Shown: in pieces, positions 36,867-45,221 of the stretch
Layout of the letters: each line of letters starts with the position of its first letter
Numbering within the stretch: the stretch's first letter is position 1
Assembly: GCA_009602725.1 (NCBI GenBank)
Contig: WELB01000008.1
Coordinates: forward strand, 582,432 to 627,652
DNA length: 45,221 nucleotides
Reading direction: 5' to 3'
Source of the DNA: Spirogloea muscicola
Lineage: Eukaryota
Made by a program: the position numbers and the translations under genes
Notes under the pieces: generated by a model
What the model was told of the DNA's origin: nothing
The model's input: only the letters and a program-made list of their open reading frames with translations
The model's database searches: none

Positions 36867-38295
36867 ATGGCAGCTGTGGCCTTGCCGTGGCTGGGGGCAG
36901 CGACAGCAGGCCCGCTGCCTCCACTGCAGCACGCAAGCTCGACCGCCGGGCCTCTGCGCTGCAACGCTGTTGCCACCACAAGTGGGGCGTGGAGGACCCA
37001 GGAGCGTCCACAACGGGGCTTTGCTAAGGTGAGGCCCGGCACTCTGAGACGAGGACGAGGCCCTCTGAAATTTAGGGTTCAGGGTTGAGGTTTTACGGTT
37101 TAGGAGTAGGGTTAGGGTTCAGTCAGTGTCGCGACGCCGAGCCCGCTGTCCTGGGGCTGCCCATGTCGCAGCTCCCGACCATGGCCGCCTGCAGCCGGCC
37201 GCTGGGGGCGCAGTCCCCAGGCAGCTGCGCCACGCAGCGTCACCCAGCACCGGGGCCACGACTGCGCAGCCCTCCGCCCCTGCCGCTGTCATTGACGAGC
37301 TGCTGACCTTGGTGAGCGTCGCATCTTCGCCCACACACTGTAACACCTGAACTTCAGGCGACATCGTTGCTCAATCCTGATACTCTAAGTCATCCTGAAG
37401 CACAGACAGACCTCAAGCCGGCACCATCAAGTCTAAACTCCGCAGCTGCGGAGCTGAAACAACCTTAAGGCATCATGATTGAAGCAAATGCTCTGAAGCC
37501 AGGTGGCAGGCACGGACCGGGGCGCAGCCACCAGCCCAGCTGTGCGTGAGCGCGCCGTTGCACTTATCGAGGAGCTCGAGCGCTGCGGTATACCTGAGCC
37601 GCTCCAAAGCCCCCTCATCTTTGGAGGTCTGGCCCCCTCGCCAGCGCCCGCGAAAGCTGCAGCAGCCACCATGGGCAATCGGCGAAGAACTGCAGTCGAC
37701 ACTGCGTGCGCTGTCTGGCCATGCAGAGTGGGACGTGGTGTACACGTCGAGCCCCACGGCGGCGGGCGGCGGCTACCGCAGCGCCGCCGGCCGCCTGCTC
37801 CTGCGCTTCCACGAGCTCGTGCAGGGCATTGCGCCGCCAGACCGCGTCACCAACCGCGTGTCCTTTGCTGTCCTTGGGCTCCTCCAGTGCGCCGTTGTCC
37901 TCCAAGGTGCTCGCAGCACTCTGTACCTTGCAGCGCCGCATTCTCGCCACCCACCTCGGCTGTTTGAGTGTGACGTTGATGTTTAGGGGTGAGGTTACCA
38001 ATGTGGTTAAGCCAGGTGGGGCCTTCACCTGCTAGCACGCTTGTGCGCTAGTAATTGCCAGTGCCTGCGGCCTGAACCGCGTCGTCCACCACTAGCAGGC
38101 AAGTTCGAGGGCGAGGACAGCAGGTGGGTCAAGGTGGACTTTGAGCCGCCGCAGTTAAACCTGGGGCCGCTGCAATTCACGTATGCCGGGACGAGCACTG
38201 TGCGGCTTTCGACCACGTATTTGGACGAGCGCCTGCGCCTTGGGCGTGGCTCTCGCGGATCAGTCTTTGTGTTCGCGAGGAGGCCTGCCCTCTAG
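36867..38295 (+). CDS. Plastid lipid-associated protein / fibrillin (FBN6/PAP8-like)
   Basis: VAGTDRG..LIEELE..PEPLQSPLIFG, EWDVVYTSSPTAAGGGYRSAAGRL, VTNRVSF, WVKVDFEPP, TTYLDERLRLGRGSRGSVFVFARR; transit-peptide-like first exon. Confidence 0.88.
37071..37120 (+). repeat. Degenerate TTTAGGG-like tandem (telo-box-like) in the first intron
   Basis: tttagggttcagggttgaggttttacggtttaggagtagggttagggttc. Confidence 0.75.
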
Positions 38296-39105
38296 GTGTA
38301 GCGCCCAGCATCCACCAAGCTGATGGCCGCCATTCATGAGGCCTCTGTCAGAACTTGGTCCAGATTTGAGCATCAGGGTGGGCATCCACGTCAACACACA
38401 TGCTGACATGCCTTGCAGGCTGATGGAAAACAACCCAGCTCGCTTTACAACAGAGAAATTGTGTGCATCTAGCAAAGTGATGCAATGCATCCGGGCTTGA
38501 GTGCTGCTAGCAAACTGCAGCATGTCCGCAAATGTTGCGCACGAAGTCAAGTCTCAAGGCGAGTGAAAGCGCGCTGCGTCAGGCGGCTGCCGCAGACGTC
38601 CAATACAACGTCATAAAAGAATTGGTGCTTTGCCAAATTGCTTGCTCACTTGCTTCCTATTTATGTCATTCCTCTCAAGCTGCTAGAGTCACTGCTAAGG
38701 AGCTACGCTCTGCTTTTAGCTGCTGTGGGCAGGTTACTCTACAGTCAAAAGTCTTCCCGTGAGCTCCATCATAGCTAGACACATTAAGGCGCCCCGGGAG
38801 GCCATCTTTTGGAGATCTACATGTGGCGGGCACCTTTTGGGCCCACCGTAAGAGAGCTGTCAACTGCTGTTAAGATTACAATAGATCTAGTCCAAGGCGG
38901 CCTGGCAGTCAGGCTGCCTAGCCAAGTCATCACTGCTGGAAAGTTCCCTGCAGCACTCTGCAGAGGTAACCCCTGATGGTTTGTTACTCGCCTGCACCTT
39001 CAGAAAGCCACTTACGTGTTGTCATCCTCCATCTGCTGCATGCTGGTGAATTCCTCTCAATGTTGGAGATGCGGCTGCAATTGACGTTATCAGATTCAAT
39101 GTTTC

Positions 39106-42100
39106 TCACACAGTGACCCTCAGCATTCCAGGCTTTGTCTCGACAAACTCAATGTGCTCATCCTCGGCAAGGTAACGCTCCACAGCCATGGGCAGGCGCG
39201 GCGGAGCCCTGCCCTTGGTGTGGTGGCCTGTCCCAACGCACACAAAGATCTGCGGATCCAGCAGATGGCCTGCTCTGTCAGTAGCGAATTCGTTCATTAT
39301 CAGACTGCTCCATTGAGACCATGTCCAACAAAGCTTGTAAGCATGCTGTTAGCATGCTCAACAAGCTATGAGCTGTGGCAGATCAATACTCCCATGTATG
39401 GGCGGGCCCCTGAAAGGAGTGCCTGTACGACATACTTCTACCTATTAGACAGGAAGCAATCATAGACAGTCCACTGCATCCCCAGAGAAGTATCTTTTCC
39501 CACTGCCAGCTGTTGGTTGAAGCTGGTCGCAAGGATGAGCTCATGGCAATACCTGCTGGCGCTGCCGAGTGCTGCGAGCGGCTGCGCGCAGCGCAACAAT
39601 CTCTCTCTTCAGGAGCGGGATGGCTTCGTTCACGTGGAGACCGTGCAGATCCAGTATTCTCGCATGCCCCCTCCCAGATCCTGCACCCTGGATTCCGCCC
39701 CCCAAACCTGGTATGTACCCAGGATTCCTGCCGCTCAAACGAGTGCAACACGTGAGCTTGCGTCACGCCTGGCCAATGACTACCACTAGACTAAGCTGAG
39801 CACCACCGAAGTGCGTCAATGTCACAGCGGAAAACAATGAAGGCCGCACAGGTTTGCTGGGCACAGTGTCTGCGTAGTCTGCTCGTGGCCACCAACAATG
39901 GGGAGCTCAGGTACCTCTCTCTGAATGTGACATCGCTGGCTTTGGCATGGGCGGCCTTCATCTGCTCATTGTGCCACTGGCCCTTTGCACTCAACATCTT
40001 AGCCAGCCCTTTGTTTCCGGCAAGATAGGCCTGCGTGGCCTGCCACCAGGCAAAGCATCCAAAGGTGTCATCCTCAGTTCAGAATTCAGATTTATGGAGC
40101 ACCTCAGCGACTTGAGCAATGCTCACTGCTGCCTAGAGAGCCGCGTACAGTCGCACAAGTCTCTCAAGAAATGCTGGTGTAGTTTGAAGAGATGCCAGCA
40201 TGATCCAGATAAGGACAGCTTGAGTCACTAACTCAAATCATGCTCCAACAGACCTGCTCAAAATAGGTGTTCCTCACACGTGCATGATCTCTGGCTTCCT
40301 CTCTCATCTCAGCGTACAGATTGCCTGTCAGACAAGAGCGTCAGAAGGCCAGCAGTCTCTGCAGGGCTTCTTGAGTCTTATTTGATTCCACACAAGCAGT
40401 CTGCACAAGTAAGATGCAGCACAGGAAGACGTGAACTCGGCATATGGTGCTGGGTCTGGCAGTCCGGTATGTGGGGTGGAATTAAATTGTTCCCGATTTG
40501 AGAAACTCACCGACTGCATCTCCAGTCTCGAGCCACGGCTGCTGGGGCCCTCTGGGCATTTCCCTGGCGTTAAAGTGCTCCCGCTCCCGCTCTCGTTCTC
40601 CAGGAAAGCCCCCAGGTCCCAGTGGTGGGCCCATGGCGTGTCCTCTGCCCCTCTCGCCATTCCTCTCAAACTGCAATGTTGCATACCCCCAGTCAGGGCA
40701 GTACAGGCACAGAAGCATACATACATTGCCTACTTATGCAAAGGGGGTTGCCAGTACCTGTAGTAAGGCATGGTTGTCCAACAGCATGACATATTGAGGG
40801 TTGTTGTAATGTGCACAGAGAGGGTCATGGAGCGAGCACATGCCTGTTGCCAAGGAGGGACAGACTTGCGGAGGGCGGATGCAAAGTCAGGCGGCGGGCT
40901 CCGCATGCCCATCTCGTCCAGCGACCGCCGAGGAGGCATCGGTGACAGAGGCTCGAGGCCGCCTCCGACGTGGTGGTGCGTGCTGTAGACCCCACCCTTG
41001 CCAATCTCGGGCAGCGCCGGGAAGTCCATCGGTGTCAGCGGCGGGGAGAGGGAGGGCGGGTGCCCGTAGTGATGCGGTGGGCCCTGGCCCGCCTCCTCTT
41101 GCAGCTGGTATGTCAGGTTCAGATGAGAATCAGTGGTCAACTTCGGCTCCTTGACAACAGATGCATCCGCATCCGGTAAAGGCCACATGAGATCAGTAAT
41201 ATCACATGACGCTATCAGCATCACGACAAGTACATAAAGGTCAGGCTGCAGCAGTAACCTCAAGCTGGGTCAGCATCTCCAGTGTCAAATGGAAGTCGCG
41301 GCCATTGGCATAGTAGATGTCGGCGAGGCTGTCAGCAGCAAAGCCAGGGAACTCTGCTGCCAGCATCCCCACCGCATCCGCGGCCGCCGGGTCTGGCTCC
41401 ATGTCAAAACGTCCACCGCTCGCCTCCCACGACAGCCGGTCCAGCTGGCCTTCCCGCATGCCAGGCGGCAGCTCAAACGGCGGCGGGTGCCCATGCCGCA
41501 GGTCAACAGGCGGACCGCCCCCACGAGCGAGCTCCGGCAACAGGAACGTGCGGTTGAAGCCCCCGCCGCCGGCACGGGCGGGAGGCGTCATCGCTCCCGG
41601 GTTGCCGTGGTCCAGGAACCGCTGGCCAGGCGGGCTGAACGGGCCGACGCCGCTGTGCGGGCTCGGGTGGGGGCTCCGCAGCGACCGGTGCACGGGGCTG
41701 GTGTAGCCAAAGTCGCCGCCGGCGCCGGCGGCCCCGCCGCCTCCTCCTGCCATGTGGGGGCTGCTCAGGGCCGTCGAGGGCCCCAGGCTGATGCTGAGCG
41801 GCGGCATGCTGCCGCTGCCGCCGGCAGGAGCCCAGCCAGCGCCGCCTGCGGGGCTCTGCAGTGGGCTCCCCTGGCGCCCCATGGGAGGCCCCATCCTCGG
41901 CCCCGGTGAGGGCGGTGCACCGTAGACAGGCCCCGGCCTCGGCGAGCCAGCGCGCGGCATCCCCGGCAGGCCCATGGGCAGCTGCGGAGGCCCCAGGCCC
42001 AGCGCCATGTTGGGCAGTGGCCCGCCCGGGCCCATGGGCGGCGGGAGCGGCGGCGCCATCAAGCCCGCGCTGGGGCCAGGCCCTGCGCGGCGGGGCGGCT

Positions 42101-45030
42101 GGTCGAGGAAGGTGAACCGCTCCATGAAGGCCCGCCCGTCGTCGCCCAGCTGCAGGAGCGGAGGATGGGAGGCGATGTCGCGGGGAGAGTCGAAGGACAG
42201 GAGCTCGTCCGGCAGCTGCTCGCGCCAGTAGCGCCGGTACTCGTCGTCAGAGGCGTTGGAGTTGGTCGAGTCGTTGCGGTCGAGGAACGGCTGCCTGCTG
42301 AAGTCGAAAGGCGGGCCCATCAACTCGGCCGCCTCGGTTTCGCCATCTTGGTGCTGGGAGACCTTGCCCTTGGCCTGCGGAAGGCCGCCGCCGCCGCTGC
42401 CCGCGCTCCTGATGCTGCCCTCCTCGGCGGCGTCATCGTCTCCACCACCGAAGGTTGGCACGAACTCCGCAGCATTGGGGTTCAGGCTGATCCGCCCGAA
42501 GCTCAGCTGGCTCATCAGCGTGCTCTGCCGGTCCTCCTCTTGGCCGCTGTTGCCGCTCCTGCTTCCCCTCTCACTATGGGGGCCTACGACCTCCTTGTCC
42601 CGCCGGTCCTCCTCGGACATGGCCGACAGCAGCGGGCGCGACGAACCGGACCTGCTCAATCTGTCCTCCTGCGTCCAGCCATCCAGGCCCAGCGACGAGG
42701 AAGAGCCGCTGCTGCCGCCCTGAGCCCCTCCTTGCGTGGCTTCCATCGAAGGAGACGGCCCTCTGGATACGTCGACTGACGTGCCGGACCTGCCCGATTC
42801 GCCTCCGCTGCCAAGCCCGCCCAAGAGCGGCGAGGTGATGGATCCATCGGCACCTCCTCCAGCTCCACCTTCCATGGTCACTGTGGAGCCCACTTGAAGG
42901 CCATTGCCTTTGTGCTCGGGCTCGGCGCCGCCACTGGACGAGACTCTCAAGGAGGGGCTGTGCCTGCCAAGGGACGCACTTGCTCCACCGCCACTGCCAG
43001 AGAGCACGGTCACATGGCTGCCAGCATCAGAGTGCTGCAGTGATGCCTGGGCGTCGGTGCTGCCGCCGCTGACGCAGCCGCCGCCACCACCCCCGCCATC
43101 CCCTCCACCACCAGCCGAGTATGAATCCATGGAAGACCCCAGCAGGCTGAAGTTGCTGCTGTCGTAGCTGTTATGCGGGCTCAGCCCCACGAGCGGCCTC
43201 CCGAGCTGTGAGGTGTCGCTGCTGGCATTGGTGTGATATAGCCCGGGAGGATCGATGCTTGAGGATGACCGTGGCTTGAGGAAGTCTTGCGCAGACGTGG
43301 AGCTCGCCAAGAACGCCGCCGCAGGCGGGCTCCTCGCACCCACCACGGGGCTGCCCGGTATGACTGGCGACTCGCTCGGCAGCGGCGGGGACCTGCTCCG
43401 AGCATTGGCATGTCAGCTTCAGCAGTTTTTCCAGCAACCTGGCGAGCTGTGGCAGACACAACACTCAGAAAAGCTACAGCAGCTTGGTACAAAGGCAAGC
43501 TTTGCAAAGAAGCTATCGGAAAAGCTGCGGCAAGTGTTGCATGAAGGCTCAAAGTAGGCATCTGAAAATGAGATGCCTGCTTTCTGACAATTACAATTGG
43601 CGGACGGCACTAAATCCTGCATCAAGATTCTAGCCTACTCCAACTTACCACCGGCTTTCTGGTGGAGATTTCTTGAGGAGCTCCTCCTGGAGCGCAGGAG
43701 GACTGCTATCCAACTGTGACTGCAGCTTGCTGGCCCGCCGTGCTGCTTCCCGTGCCTGATTGAGCAGGCCCTCCACTCGCTCCTCCAGGTTGTCCATCTG
43801 GAGCTGCGGCAGCAATCGAAGCCACAGGTTTCAGCATAGCCTAGCAACACATTGCATGCCCGTGTTGCAAGGCAGTCTACTTGTCCATACACCTCTTCTG
43901 CACTTCTAGAATTACCCTGTGGCCGCCTGGCTGACCCTGACATACTGCATCCTGCATTGCCTAATCTGCTTGTCCGACACTTCAGCATATACAGCTTGAC
44001 AAGCGACTTACAAGCAAGCATAGGTGACACATATAGTCAGGCACGAGATGGGCAGACTTACAGACGGCGCAAAGAGCCGGATGGCACTGACAAGTGATGC
44101 GTCGCTCCTGCCGTTTGCAGGGTACACGGCCTCCTTCCAGATGACCCTGGCACAACAAGCGAGTCCAAGCACATGTTATGTCTGCTTATGTTAGCCCTCA
44201 CAACAACTGTTGTAGCCGGACAATAACATCGAAGGCTCTTGTAGGCGTGCAATTGGCCGGGCTAGCATCTGCATAAACAATCTCATTAGTGAAGAAGGGC
44301 TGCGATTCTGGGAAGATTCAGGAGCACTGGCGGCACAAGCACGTCATCCTGTCATGTGGCCTAGCACTTAATGCAGCCGCCTGCGGCACGTATTAAAGCT
44401 TTGACAGATCTCACAGAGGTCAGATTCTAGCCTACCAGCTTGGCAGCTCAACCTTTGGCCCCTACCCCAGTGGTACAAATGACAGGTGTAGGCAGGGGAA
44501 GGGTTGAGCTTGAGCATCAGCATCTGGGGCTGCATATATACTTCTAAAAGATGCGATGACATGCCCCTGGAACGAGCGCGGGGCGAAGTGGCCTAGCATA
44601 ACAGGCGCCTGACAGCTGTCGCTGGTCAAGAGCGTGCTAGTCTAAATGGTGTCGAGCGACGGTGCGGACAACGCTCTCGAGCAGCAACGAGGACCGAGAG
44701 GAGGCCGGCATGCGAGGAGAGCTCCAGGAGCGGTGGCGTCTGAGACGACCCTCCAGGGAGCGTGCGAGCGCCATGGGGCGACGAGGCAGAGAACTGTGTG
44801 GAGAGCCCGCAGTACACGAGAAGAAGACGGAAATCTGACGAGAAAGCACAGCACAAGGCGGCGAGGTGAAGGAGTCTTGGGGCTGGTTGTGGCGCTCACT
44901 CGCTGAGGTACTCGATGACGGGGCTCTCCAGCTCGGCCTTGCCCTCCCACAGGAGCTGCGCCACCGCTTGCCGCGTCGCGCCGTCGGCGCGGAGGTCGGC
45001 GCCGTCGGGGCCGCCCTGCTGCTGGGACAT
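39106..45030 (-). CDS. CID7: CID7-like poly(A)-binding-protein-interacting protein (PAM2, CUE-like, DUF1771, Smr); 5' extent uncertain
   Basis: PAM2 SLNPNAAEFVP; DDEYRRYWREQLPDE; LAAEFPGFAADSLADIYYANG.DFHLTLEMLTQLE; PWLETGDAV; ATQAYLAGNKGLAKMLSAKGQWHNEQMKAAH; ILDLHGLHVNEAI; VCVGTGHHTKG..PGMLRVTV*. Upstream exons at ~43645-43800 and ~44900-45030 are inferred. Confidence 0.88.
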
Positions 45031-45221
45031 CGGAGGGGCCTTGCGATCGCGTGGCGATGGCGGCGGCGGCGGGGCTCCGCAATGCGACGGCGGCCGTGGA
45101 CTGGCCGGGCATGTGAGCTCCGTCGGACGCGAGGCGCGGCGGCGCGACTGCCGTGAAGAGCGGCGCCGGCGCCGTGGCCGCTCGAAGCTCTCGGCGGCGG
45201 CGGCAGCTCTCGGCGGCGGCG

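Noticed and set aside
41282..43557. Many plus-strand ORFs overlapping CID7 (and similar shadow ORFs over other GC-rich exons)
   Set aside because: Expected antisense/alternate-frame ORFs in high-GC coding sequence.

Overview
Intron-rich, GC-rich eukaryotic genomic DNA, most likely a streptophyte green alga (inferred from land-plant-like orthologues, GCC-repeat 5' ends and TTTAGGG-type motifs). Assembly gaps lie at 11534-12480 and 24521-24777, with single Ns at 18664 and 34022. Host genes in order: cytosolic G6PD (-), ALE2/extensin-like receptor kinase (+), INTS4/SIEL-like (+, interrupted by an opposite-strand Lys-rich exon), coproporphyrinogen III oxidase (-), OTS/ULP1-type SUMO protease (+), TPR protein (-), Emi1/DUF3128-like small protein (-), fibrillin FBN6-like (+) and CID7-like PAM2/Smr protein (-). 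The intergenic spaces hold a dozen or more decayed, mostly 5'-truncated copies of a CRE-like non-LTR retrotransposon family with a restriction-like endonuclease, whose ORF ends in ...LTRGY*/LTRSY*. The most striking pattern is that most copies sit upstream of genes with their 3' ends pointing at the nearest gene start, and orientation flips in the middle of a divergent promoter region. They have no poly(A) tail, and many carry a GGGCTGG-N5-6-CAGCCC hairpin. A tRNA-Asn 5' half followed by structured, intron-like sequence (possible organellar insertion) lies inside the retroelement cluster. Exon boundaries were read by eye and gene identities come from recalled motifs, not database searches.
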